A stretch of 64,000 bases of DNA from Hypanus sabinus. Lineage: Eukaryota. The translations under genes and the position numbers were made by a program. This document shows, one piece after another, positions 12,753 to 23,709 of this stretch. Within the stretch, counting starts at the first letter, position 1, and each line of letters opens with the position of its first letter. The notes under the pieces are model-generated. The model saw nothing but the letters and a program-made list of their open reading frames with translations. It did no database searches and had not been told where the DNA came from. Where the stretch lies: NCBI RefSeq assembly GCF_030144855.1, contig NC_082707.1:154132001-154196000 (forward strand). Reading direction: 5' to 3'.

Positions 12753-12966
12753 TGTAGCGCCTCATTTCCTAGCGTATCCGAACCGACTCACAATTAGATA
12801 GCCTACGGGGGTTTGCGAGCACAGAGCTTTGGAGCCTCTTCGCCATGGGGGGCCGGTTGACAGAGGCTTAAAAGTGAGGCTGAAGTTTTCGAATAAAGTT
12901 TTTTCCTTCGACTGCAGTACCGACTCCGTGTCGTAATTTTAGCGCTGCTTGTAGCACACCGCTACA
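12753..12966 (+). repeat. Gypsy 5' LTR
   Basis: TGTAGCG...CGCTACA termini; contains AATAAA; identical by eye to the 3' LTR. Confidence 0.96.
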
Positions 12967-13043
12967 ATTGGTGACCCCTCCATGCCCGTGCTCGGCGGCT
13001 TCCCCCGGACAAGCTCCGACTGGCGAAGGAGGAGTTCCAGAGA

Positions 13044-15563
13044 ATGGAGGAATTGGGGATCGTCCGGCGGTCCGACAGCCCCTGGGCTTCCCCCCTGCAC
13101 ATGGTGCCCAAAGCGACGGGGGGCTGGAGACCGTGCGGCGACTACCGCAGGCTGAACGAGGCTACCACACCGGACCGCTACCCTGTGCCGCACATTCAGG
13201 ACTTTGCGGCAAACCTGCACGGCGCCCGGATCTTCTCCAAGGTCGACCTTGTCCGAGGGTACCATCAAATCCCGATGCATCCTGACGACGTCCCCAAAAC
13301 GGCTCTCATCACCCCGTTTGGCCTCTTCGAGTTCCTCCGCATGCCGTTCGGCCTGAAGAATGCCGCACAGACATTCCAGCGGTTAATGGACGCGGTGGGA
13401 CGGGACCTGGACTTCGCGTTCATCTATTTGGATGACATCCTCATAGCCAGCGGCAGTCGTCAGGAGCATCTGTCCCACCTCCGTCAACTCTGCGCCCGAC
13501 TGAGTGAGTACGGTCTTACAATCAACCCTGCCAAATGCCAGTTCGGACTTGATACCATTGACTTCCTGGGCCACAGGATTACTAAAGACGGGGCAACCCC
13601 TCTGCCCGCTAAGGTAGATGCGGTCCGCCACTTCCCCCGACCCACCACGATCAAAGGCCTTCAGGAATTCGTAGGTATGGTCAATTTCTACCGCCGCTTC
13701 CTCCCTTCAGCTGCCCGGATCATGCGCCCCCTGTTCGCCCTGATGTCGGGTCCGAGCAAGGACATTACCTGGGACGAGGAGTCCGCCGCCGCTTTCGTTC
13801 AAACGAAGGAAGCTTTGGCTGACGCCGCAATGCTAGTACATCCCAGAATGGACACCCCTACCGCCCTCACAGTGGACGCATCAAACACGGCAGTCGGTGG
13901 GGTGCTGGAGCAGCTCATCGCAGGTCGCTGGCAACCCCTGGCGTTTTTCAGCAAACACGTGCGGCCACCCGAGCTCAAGTACAGTGCTTTTGACCGGGAA
14001 CTGTTGGCGCTCTACCTGGCAATCCGGCATTTCAGGTACTTCCTAGAAGGTAGGCCCTTCACCGCGTTCACGGACCACAAACCGCTTACCTTTGCGTTTA
14101 CGAAAGCATCCGACCCCTGGTCATCCCGCCAGCAACGCCACCTGTCCTACATCTCTGAATACACAACGGATGTCCGGCACGTCTCGGGTAAGGACAATGT
14201 CGTGGCGGATGCGCTCTCTCGCCCTACCGTTCATGCCCTTTCCCAAGGGGTAGACTTTGAGGCACTGGCAGAGGCACAGCAGGTAGATGAGGAGATTCCG
14301 AGTTACAGGACTGCAGTCTCTGGTTTGCAGCTCCAGGACTTCCCCGTGGGCCCAGGTGAGAGGACCCTTCTCTGTGACGTCGCCACCGGCCAGCCCCGTC
14401 CGGTCGTCCCCGCAGCCTGGCGGCGACGTGTTTTCGACTCCATTCATAACTTGGCGCATCCCTCCATCCGGACGACTGTCCGGCTGGTTTCCAGCAGGTT
14501 CGTTTGGCACGGTCTCCGCAAACAGGTCAGTGAATGGGCCAGAACGTGCATGCACTGCCAGACGGCCAAGGTTCAGCGGCACACCAAAGCCCCACCGCAG
14601 CAGTTCCATCCCGCCCACCGGCGTTTCGACCACATTCATGTGGATATCGTGGGCCCCCTGCCAGTGTCGCGCGGAGCGCGTTACCTCCTGACTATCGTGG
14701 ACCGGTTCACAAGATGGCCAGAGGCGGTCCCGCTCACCGACACCACCTCCGAATCTTGCGCCCGAGCCCTGCTCGCCACCTGGATATCCCGCTTTGGTGT
14801 ACCAGCCCACATTACCTCCGACAGAGGCGCCCAGTTCACCTCCAGCCTGTGGTCAGCTATGGCCAGCCTTTTGGGGACTCAGCTGCACCACACCACTGCC
14901 TACCACCCACAGTCGAACGGGCTAGTGGAGCGTTTCCACCGTCACCTGAAGTCGGCCCTCATGGCCCGCCTGCGAGGAGCCAACTGGGCGGACGAGCTTC
15001 CCTGGGTCCTTCTCGGCATCCGCACAGCGCCCAAGGACGACCTGCACGCCTCGTCGGCCGAGTTGGTATACGGCGCGCCCCTGGCTGTCCCCGGGGAGTT
15101 CCTACCAGCCCCGAGGGGGCAAGAGGAAGATCCCGCTGCAGTCCTGGGCAGACTTCGCGAGAAGCTCGGTAACCTGGCCCCCATACCCACTTCACAGCAT
15201 GGGCGGCACCCGACCTGCGTACCCAAAGACCTACGGAACTGTAAGTTTGTGTTTGTGCGAAGGGGCGGGCATCGGCCACCGCTGCAGCGGCCATACGAGG
15301 GGCCGTTTACGGTGCTCCGGAACAACGGGTCCACGTTCGTGCTGGACGTTGGGGGGAAGGAGGAGGTTTTCACGGTGGACCGCCTCAAGCCGGCCCATGT
15401 GGACCTGGCGCAACCGGCCGAGTTTCCGGCGCCTCGGCGCAGAGGCCGACCTCCCAAGCAGGTTCTGGCCCAGGCTGTGGACATTGGGGGGTGTATCGCC
15501 GGTTCTGGGGGGGGGTTATGTAGCGCCTCATTTCCTAGCGTATCCGAACCGACTCACAATTAG
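13044..15563 (+). CDS. Gypsy pol remnant: reverse transcriptase, RNase H, integrase
   Basis: RT ([18 protein letters not shown]), RNase H (TVDAS, DRELLA, TDHKPL, VADALSR), integrase (HHCC zinc finger, DIVGP/SDRG/GLVERFH, YEGPF, AT-hook-like RRRGRPPK). The frame is open from 12975 and the stop lies in the 3' LTR. Confidence 0.93.
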   Translation: MEELGIVRRSDSPWASPLHMVPKATGGWRPCGDYRRLNEATTPDRYPVPHIQDFAANLHGARIFSKVDLVRGYHQIPMHPDDVPKTALITPFGLFEFLRMPFGLKNAAQTFQRLMDAVGRDLDFAFIYLDDILIASGSRQEHLSHLRQLCARLSEYGLTINPAKCQFGLDTIDFLGHRITKDGATPLPAKVDAVRHFPRPTTIKGLQEFVGMVNFYRRFLPSAARIMRPLFALMSGPSKDITWDEESAAAFVQTKEALADAAMLVHPRMDTPTALTVDASNTAVGGVLEQLIAGRWQPLAFFSKHVRPPELKYSAFDRELLALYLAIRHFRYFLEGRPFTAFTDHKPLTFAFTKASDPWSSRQQRHLSYISEYTTDVRHVSGKDNVVADALSRPTVHALSQGVDFEALAEAQQVDEEIPSYRTAVSGLQLQDFPVGPGERTLLCDVATGQPRPVVPAAWRRRVFDSIHNLAHPSIRTTVRLVSSRFVWHGLRKQVSEWARTCMHCQTAKVQRHTKAPPQQFHPAHRRFDHIHVDIVGPLPVSRGARYLLTIVDRFTRWPEAVPLTDTTSESCARALLATWISRFGVPAHITSDRGAQFTSSLWSAMASLLGTQLHHTTAYHPQSNGLVERFHRHLKSALMARLRGANWADELPWVLLGIRTAPKDDLHASSAELVYGAPLAVPGEFLPAPRGQEEDPAAVLGRLREKLGNLAPIPTSQHGRHPTCVPKDLRNCKFVFVRRGGHRPPLQRPYEGPFTVLRNNGSTFVLDVGGKEEVFTVDRLKPAHVDLAQPAEFPAPRRRGRPPKQVLAQAVDIGGCIAGSGGGLCSASFPSVSEPTHN

Positions 15564-15732
15564 ATAGCCTACGGGGGTTTGCGAGCACAGAGCTTTGGAG
15601 CCTCTTCGCCATGGGGGGCCGGTTGACAGAGGCTTAAAAGTGAGGCTGAAGTTTTCGAATAAAGTTTTTTCCTTCGACTGCAGTACCGACTCCGTGTCGT
15701 AATTTTAGCGCTGCTTGTAGCACACCGCTACA
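15519..15732 (+). repeat. Gypsy 3' LTR
   Basis: Same 214 bp as the 5' LTR, preceded by the PPT gggggggggtta. Confidence 0.96.
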
Positions 15733-16899
15733 AGCACACCCTGATTAACCCTTAAGCACATTTAAGGACATTAAATCTGACTTAGGCATTTAGGCACATT
15801 AAATCTGACTTTCTGAAAAGTATCACAAATCCTGGACCACAGAACATCACAACACGGAAACTACCCTTGCTAACAGGATACAGTGGGATGGCAGTGAATA
15901 TTCACAGGACAGTCAAAACACACTTTGAAGAACTGAAAACGGAAGCGGGGACACTGGGACAATACACCATTCATTGTCTCAGCCTTCAAAAGGGGTAGGA
16001 ATCCGAAAGACATACTAATCAGTACCAAAGTACGAGCAGCGCCAAACTGTGAGGTGGGAAACTGCAGGGCATGCATATACCTGAGAATTTCAAAAAGCAT
16101 ACACAACAGAGCCACAGGAAAGTGGGCCGAGATAGAACAGAGGATAACTTGTGAACAAAAGAATGTAGTATATGCAATCCTCAGTAACATCAGAAGGGGA
16201 AACCAAAACAGACCAGTTAGCAGGCACTTCCAGGAGCATGGGACGTACTCCTGAAAAATATTAGACCTGGAAACTAACATAAACTGGTCAAACGCCCAAA
16301 GAAAAAGAGCAGAGAGGAGATGGATTGAAACACTGCAGACTTATTCCCCGTATGGCCTAAACGAGGCCTAAAAAGCTAGGCTGCCCTGAAACTAACATCT
16401 TCACAGCCCTTAAATACGGATGCTCTTCTCGCCAGGGGGCTAAACCTACCCCACACCACCAGTTATACCCTCCACCACTCAGTGAAACGCCCCCTCAACC
16501 CTAACCCCCCCCCCCAAAACCTAACCCTAAGGTCCAAAGGACCACATACCACAACTAAACCAGAAGGTACATCCCAACCCTAATCCTAATCCTAGTTATA
16601 CAGATGCCAGGTAATGATGTTTAAAAATAGCATTACCCTCAGAATTACATGCCACTCATTATCTGGTCCATGGGAAATACATAAGCCAGGTCTGATCAAC
16701 TTTGGCTGGGCCACCTCGGGGAGGATGTATTATGATTAAAGGCCCGAAACACCTGATGATCCGAGGGTGCATTACTGACGATGTGTCCCAGTGCACACCC
16801 AGTTCGTTGAACCAAGCAGTATCGGACCACGATAATGAAAGGCTTGGACCAGATTAACCTGACTTCCCCATACAAGCCTAGCCGCCATAGCAGCTCATA

Positions 16900-18012
16900 C
16901 TCAAAACTCTGCAGCCTAACCTCTCCCAGCCAAACATATCCATCCACCAGCCCAACATTCAAACCTAATCCTGAAGTCCAAAAGGGGCACACACCCCCAC
17001 AAACCCTAGGCACTTCCTGATTAACCCTGGCTTCAGCCCCACAAACCCTAAGCACACCCCGATTAACCCCTGCTAAACCCCCACAAACCCGATGTCCTAT
17101 GTCAGGAGGGGCGAGATTCAACAAAGGCAAGTGTTGGATCTGGTTAATGAAGGCGGGGCCAGATCAAAGTGGCAGGATCGCGTGAAACTGAATCTCAAGT
17201 GACAAGATCAAAAAGCACAAGAGGGCTGATTCGCCCACTGCCCGCATAATCTCAACCTAACCGAGCCAAGCATATACATCCACCAGCCCAACATTCAAAC
17301 CTAATCCTAAAGTCCAAAAGGGACACACACCCCCACAAACCCAAGGCACTTCCCGATTAACCCTGGCTTCAGCCCCACAAACCCTAAGCACACCCAGATT
17401 AACCCTTGCTAAACCCCCACGGGCTGGATGTCCTATGTCGAGAAGGGCAAGATTCAACTAAGTCAAGTGTTGGACCTGGTTAATGAAGGCGTGGGCCAGA
17501 TCAAAGTGGCAGGGTCGCGTGAAACTGAACCTCAAGTGACGAGATCAAAAAGCACAAGAGGGCTGATTTGCCCACTGCTCACATAATCTCAGCCTAACCC
17601 TAACCCTACTAGCCCATCCTCCATTGCATCTCAGACCACCACTCAAAACTCTGCAGCCTAACATCACCCAGCCAAACATATACATCCACCAGCCCAAAGC
17701 TCAAACCTAATCCTAGAGTCCAGAAAGGGTATACACCCCCACAAACCCTAGACACTCCCCGATTAACCCTGGCTTCAGCTCCACAAACTCAAAGCACACC
17801 CTGATTAACCCTTGCCAAACCCCCACAAACCCAATGTCCTATGTCAGGAGGGGCAAAATTCAACAAAGGCAAGTGTTGGACCTGGTTAATGAAGGCGGGG
17901 CCAGATCAAAGTGGCAGGGTTGCGTGAAACTGAATCTCAAGTGACGAGATCAAAAAGCACAAGAGGGCTGATTCGCCCACTGCCCGCATAATCTCAACCT
18001 AACCCTCACCCT
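16900..18012 (+). repeat. Three tandem units (periods 336 and 406 bp) upstream of the Penelope ORF
   Basis: aaacctaatcct recurs at 16961, 17297 and 17703; the core gtc-ggaggg...gcccactg...cctaacc starts at 17101, 17437 and 17843. Confidence 0.9.
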
Positions 18013-18299
18013 ACTAAACAGCTACTAAACAGCTTCAGCAACTACTGAGAATGGCCAGTATTAAATTTCCCCATGCCAGTATCTGGGTGCCAGAATTAAA
18101 CTTTAGCCACAGTTTGACAGAGGCAGAACAAGGGCCAAGTAAACGAGGTTATTAGAACTAAGAATCATATCCCTACGATCCCGGCGAGGCAGTTTAAGGT
18201 AGACACAGACCATATCCATTGGACAGAGAGCACAGCCCAGACAATAGTCAAGAGGTGGATGCAGTCTTTAAACTAGAGTGGAGACAAAGCCAAGAGAGG

Positions 18300-20405
18300 C
18301 AGGGTGCATAACTGGGGGAGACTATCGTGAATCTCTCCCGCACATTCACCCATACAGAAACCCAGCAAAAGGTTCTGAACAGGCCTCACTTTTGTACCAA
18401 CTGCAAAACTCCATAAGGAGCAGATTAAGAGGGACATGGATAAGTTCTATAGGAGATTGGTACTCATCGACTATTTTGGCAAGTCAGAGCATAGAAAGTC
18501 CCCTTTCATCCCTCCCTCAGACTGGATGAGATAATAGAGAGGGAGAAGGAAGTACAGGATAAGCCCAATCTAACTAGGAAGGAGAGAGCAGCCCTGACAG
18601 AACTGAGGGAAAACATGGACATTGTTATCAAACCAGCGGATAAAGGGAGCAGCATAGTTATCGTGGACAAACAGCAAATACCTATTTGAGGCACACAGAC
18701 AATTAAACAACACGGAACACTACACAAAACTAAAGGAACCCATATACTGGGAAACACACACAGAAATTAGGGACATTTTACAAGTACTGGATAGGACTGG
18801 GTACCTTGAAGGGAAGCAAGTAGAGAACCTGACAGGGATACAGCCATGAGCAAAAAGTTTTATATCCTCCCCAAAATACACAAGAACCCAGACTCATGGA
18901 CTGTTCTGAGGGAAATTCCACCCGGCAAGCCCATCATGTCAGACTGCAGCAGTGAGTCATACAGGATAGTGGAGTTCATTGATGCCTGCCTTAATCCACT
19001 ATCACAGAAACACTCCAGCTACATCAAGGACACATATCACTTTGTCCGAATAGTCAATTCCATGTCAGTGCCCCCTGAGGCCATACTCTTCACCATGGAC
19101 ATTGAAAGCCTGTACACCAATATCGAAACAGACAGGGGTATAGAGGCAGTGAGGGACATCCTACGGAAGAACCCTCAGCTAGGGAGACCATACGAGGCCT
19201 TGCTAGAACTCCTTTACCTCAGCCTGACTAAAAATGACTTTGAATTCAATGATGAATTCCACCTACAAGTCAAGGGCACAGCAATGGAAAAGAAGTTTGC
19301 TCCAGCCTATGCCAATATATACATGGCAAAGTGGGAGGAAACAGTCTATCCAAAGTGCCCTAAAATACCCATGTGTCTCTATAGATACCTGGATGACATC
19401 TGGGGGGTGTGGACACACTCAGAGGTGGAATTAATTCAAATCCTAAACACTCATCATCCATCCATTAAGGTTAAAGCCACAACAAATAGGGAGAAGATTG
19501 ACTTCCTGGACACTACAGTACTTAAACTAGCACCAGAAAATGGCAACCAAAAACTAGCTACCAAGGTATTCTTTAAAACCACAGACACTGACACCCTCCT
19601 AAACACAGAGAGCCACCATCCCAAACACACCATCAGAGGCATTGTCAAGGGACAGCTGACTCGGTTTCACCGCATTTGCACAAGGGCGGAGGACTTCCAC
19701 CAGGCCACAACTATCCTCTTATCTGCAATTAGACACAGGGGCTACAGCAGGAGACTTATACACATCAAATCTGACTTTCTGAGAAGTATCACGAATCCCC
19801 GACCACAGAATACCACGACACGGAAACTACCCTTGATAACAAGATACAGTGGAATGGCAGTGAATATTCACAGGACAGTCAAAACACACTTTGAAGAACT
19901 GAAAACGGAAGCAGGGACACTGGGACAATACACCATTGTCTCAGCCTTCAAAAGGGGTAGAAATCCGAAAGACATACTAGTCAGTACCAAAGTACAAGCA
20001 GCGCCAAACTGTGAGGTGGAAAACTGCAGGGCATGCATATACCTGAGAATTTCAAAAAGCATACACAACAGAGCCACAGGAAAGTGGGCCAAGATCGAAC
20101 AGAGGATAACTTGTGAACAAAAGAATGTAGCATATGCAATCCTGTCCACAGAATGCCATATTATATACATAGGGGAGATGGGCAACAGCTTGAGAACCAG
20201 ACTCACGGGACATCTCAGTTACATCAGAAGGGGAAACCAAAACAGACCAGTTAGCAGGCACTTCCAGGAGCATGGGACGTACTCCTTAAAAATATTAGGC
20301 CTGGAAACTAACATAAACTGGTCAAACGCCCAAAGAAAAAGAGCAGAGAGGAGATGGATTGAAACACTGCAGACTTATTCCTCGTATGGCCTAAACGAGG
20401 CCTAA
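18300..20405 (+). pseudogene. Penelope/Neptune polyprotein (RT, Cys linker, GIY-YIG endonuclease), frameshifted at the 5' end
   Basis: N-terminal TIVNLS...LTFVPT and IKPADKGSSIV in broken frames. Open part 18846-20405 has LPKIHK, MDIESLYTNI, KGTAM, YRYLDDIW, CEVENCRAC and YAILSTECHIIYIGE, ending YGLNEA. Confidence 0.9.
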
Positions 20406-22344
20406 AAAGCTAGGCCAGCCGAATAGGATATACCAACACAAAAATTTATTAAAAGATCGAGAAAATCAGAGTAGGGAGGAAGAGGAGGATCCCCTTCAGT
20501 CACCCACTCAGAAATGAAATTAAGACAAGGGGCCATTAAATAGGAAAGGGACTCCTTACTTTGGAAATAGAGCTTAACAGCTAGGCCCCAAAACAGAACT
20601 TAATTCCCCAAATAGTACCACCTAAACAGAATAGAGAGGGATAAAGTTAAAAATTATAACTCTACGAGGGGTAAACACTAGGAATAGACTTGTAACGACC
20701 AGTCTGATCCAAACACAGCACTTGCCCCAACCTCCCGGCTTCCCCCCAGGGGGTAGGATACATTCCCAACACATGGCCCTGCCCTGAAACTAACATGTTC
20801 ACAGCCCATAAACACGGGTGCTCTTCTCGCCAGGGGGCTAAACCCACCCCACACCACCAGCTATACCCTCTGCCACTCAGCGAAACCCCCCCCAACCCCA
20901 CCCCCCCCAAAACCCAACCCTGTCCAAAGGACCACATACCCCAACTAAACCAGATGGTACCTCCAGTGAACCCTGGCCAAACCCCCACAAGGAGGCCTAC
21001 TTAATGCGGGACCCCATGCTCCTTTTCTTCCAAACACCCCCCGATGGGGTGGCCTACATGCACATTCCTCGGCCGTATGCCTAAACATAACAACTACAAC
21101 CATCCTACGCACCCCCATAAACCGGTGCCCTCTCTCCACCAGGGGTCCAAGGTCACTTCACTACACAATAAGTTTGGGCATCCCATCCCTAGACCTCCCA
21201 CCACCACAAGATCCCGTGACCCCACTACCCAAGCAACACACCTTGGCCCAACACCTCCAACACACCCCCATAAACCCTACGCCTCTCACCGGCAGAAGGC
21301 CATGCTCACCCCACACCACCAGTACCCAGATTCACCCAATATCACCAGCGGTTAGACTCCTGGTTCAGTCCTCCCCCCCTACTACAAGGACAAACCCCCC
21401 CCTGCACACCCCAAATAACCCAAGCCAGTCCCCAAAGGACAGCCCCACCTCCCAACCATACCCTAATCGTAACACTTCCAACCCTCTTACACTCCCCCAT
21501 AAACCCTAGGCCTCTCCCCCGCCAGGGAGCCATGTCCACCCAACATCGCCAGCACCATGCCACCCCACAAGCATCCCCAATCCCACCCTTCACCCTAAAC
21601 CTAACTTCCAACGGACTGCACACCCCAACTAAACCAGACAGCACCCCAAATAACCCAATCCACACCACGCAAAAAGGCTTACATAACAGTCCTTTACCCT
21701 ATCCCTAAACCTAACATCTTCAACCATGCTACACACCCCCATAAACCCATGCCACCAAGGAGCCAGATTCACCCAAGATCACCAGCAGTTAGGCTCCCAG
21801 TCCAGTCCTCCCCCCCCCCACTGAAAAGGAACAACCCCCCCCCCCCCGCAACACCATTTGCCACCCTGCCCCACCTCCCTTTGCCGGGAATCCTCAACCC
21901 CCATTATTTAACTCTATACCCCAGCTGGTCCCTCCCCCAAAAGCACCCTTCAATTAGCTGCTGCACAATCCTCAGTCACTAAAAAAAACCCCAAATCCAA
22001 AGCACTATCCATAAATAATAACTCCACCAATTTAACTTAAACTCCAGAATGGAGGTTAACAAGGAGGAAGATCTCAATAAAGGCAAGTCGGGGACCTAGA
22101 TGATGACAACGTGGGCCAAAAAACAAAGTGGCAGGGTGAAGTGATAGGCATCTCCAGTATGAGATCCACAAACACTAGAGGGTTATTTTGCCCACTGCCC
22201 ACATACTCACACCCTAACCCTAACACTTTTATGGAAAAAAGTACAGTTGACATTTTGGCTCGATGCTACCTAGCCTGCTGAGTTCCTCCAGCATTTTGTG
22301 TGTTACTTGTCTACTTAGCCTCCCTCCCCACTTATTTTTAATAT

Positions 22345-22893
22345 ATAAAACCAGATATACAAGATCTTGGTCAGACCCCACTTGGAGTACTGTGTTCAGT
22401 TTTGGTCACCTCACTACAGGAAGGATGTGGATATTATAAAGAGAGTGCAGAGGAGATTTACAAAGATGTTGCCTGGATTGGAGGGCGTACCTTATGAGTC
22501 TAGGTTGAGTTGAACTTGGCCTTGCCTCCTTGGAGAGATGGAGGATAAGAGGTGACCTGATAGAGGAGTATAAGATGATGAGGGGAATTGATGGTGCAAA
22601 TAGCCAGAGGCACTATCCCAGCACTGAACTGGCTAACATGAGGGGGTACAGTTTTAAGATGCTTGAAAATATGTACAAGGGGGATGTCAGGGGTAAGTTT
22701 TTCACACAGAGTGGTGACTGAGTGGAATGCAGTGGCGGTGGTGGAAATGGACACAATAGAGTCTTTTAAGAGCCACTACATGGAGGTTATTAAAATAGAG
22801 GACAATGCGCTCAGGAAACTCTAAGCAGTTTCTAGAGTAGGCACAACATTGTGGGCCGAAGGGCCTGTAAAGTGCTGTCGATGTCTATGTTCT
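22345..22893 (+). mobile_element. CR1-type LINE 3' fragment
   Basis: LVRPHLEYCVQFWSPHYRKD and RIRGDLIEEYKMMRGID motifs; tail gggccgaagggcctgt...tctatgttcta. Confidence 0.85.
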
Positions 22894-23575
22894 AAGTAAT
22901 GAGCTCGTATGTGACGTGGTGGTGCAATGACATATCCCAATAACGTACCTCTTACAAATAACCTTAATGTATTATGTATTGTAATCGAATATATTTACAA
23001 TATTACTCAAATATTACTGAAATATTAAATACAATACACAAATCTTTAATCTAAATGGATTGATTCAGAAACAGGTCTACATTCAAAATGCAGCAAAACA
23101 TCAAACCTTTCCTTCCTTCTCTTATTTAAATCCTGTCTACTGCCTTTACCACTGGACGATAAGCCACTACAACCCGTAATCGGCCGCTTACTTTTCCGTT
23201 TAATAGAAACTTGCCATTCGCCTTCCTCCAGACCCATCACCCAATGCCCCCTCTCGTTAGCTCCGTTTGTCGCTACCTGCCATCTCTACTCCCTTCCTAC
23301 CTGAGAAAATTCCCAACAGCAGGCTCAGCCATTTGCTCCAGCCCCAATCAACGCAACTGCCCACCCCACTTCCGTCGGAGGGTACCTGAAATAAATTTTA
23401 AAACAGCGGGTCGAGAGAACCCATCTTCACATCGTTCCTATAATGGGGGCGGTCACAACTGAATGCAATACTCCAAGTATGGCCGAATCATCATTGCATA
23501 CGCACCAACCGCCGCCGGGATAACCGAGCGGGTCAGTCCCACAGAACAGAGCCACCCCGTATACCGCTGGCTTAC

Positions 23576-23579
23576 CCAT
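23576..23579 (-). CDS. JKAMP: JKAMP coding exon 1 (ATG G)
   Basis: ttcaccATGG|gtaagc: strong Kozak context and consensus donor; the phase joins exon 2 to give M-D-V-D-L-I-C. Confidence 0.85.
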
Positions 23580-23709
23580 GGTGAAGCCCAGCAAACCGCC
23601 CGACTCCGAAACAGAACGACACCCGAACCCGGCCGCGGTCCCGAACCGGAAACAGACTCCCATTTCCGGCTAACCTTCGCCCCCTGTCGTCAGTTGGGTG
23701 CGGGGAACA

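Larger units (their letters stand above)
12753..15732 (+). mobile_element. Ty3/Gypsy LTR retrotransposon, internally deleted (no gag or protease), very recent
   Basis: Two 214-bp LTRs, 4-bp TSD AGCA (12749-12752 and 15733-15736), truncated PBS tggtgacccc, G9 polypurine tract, uninterrupted RT-RH-IN ORF. Confidence 0.97.
12570..22226 (+). mobile_element. Penelope-like element (Neptune type) with partial-tandem pseudo-LTR, interrupted by a Gypsy insertion
   Basis: RT plus GIY-YIG ORF. An upstream deleted duplicate of the ORF 3' end and UTR (about 15790-16570) matches about 19760-20960. Shared C/A-rich modules occur at 12690-12752, 16900-18012 and 22060-22226. Outer boundaries approximate. Confidence 0.75.

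Noticed and set aside
14121-15567. Several 110-230 aa overlapping ORFs
   Set aside because: Shadow frames of the GC-rich Gypsy pol with no recognisable motifs.
17101-17260. Hammerhead, HDV-like ribozyme, SECIS or C/D snoRNA in the repeat module
   Set aside because: The core is TTAATGA rather than CTGANGA, with no valid UH cleavage site. The minus-strand gtttcacgc loop resembles the CPEB3 ribozyme L3 but lacks J1/4 and the catalytic C segment. The SECIS helix pairs poorly, and boxes C and D never co-occur in one copy.
16900-18012. CRISPR-like array or chromosome-fusion telomere relic
   Set aside because: Long degenerate tandem units without unique spacers; telomeric tracts are short, on one strand only and embedded in a retroelement.
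18846-18860. In-frame TGA (selenocysteine) readthrough in the Penelope ORF
   Set aside because: The TGA is next to a frameshift and is better explained by CGA-to-TGA decay; other frameshifts show the copy is dead.
20662-21982. Pro/Thr/His-rich and Gly/Val-rich ORFs
   Set aside because: By-products of the C/A-skewed low-complexity Penelope UTR.
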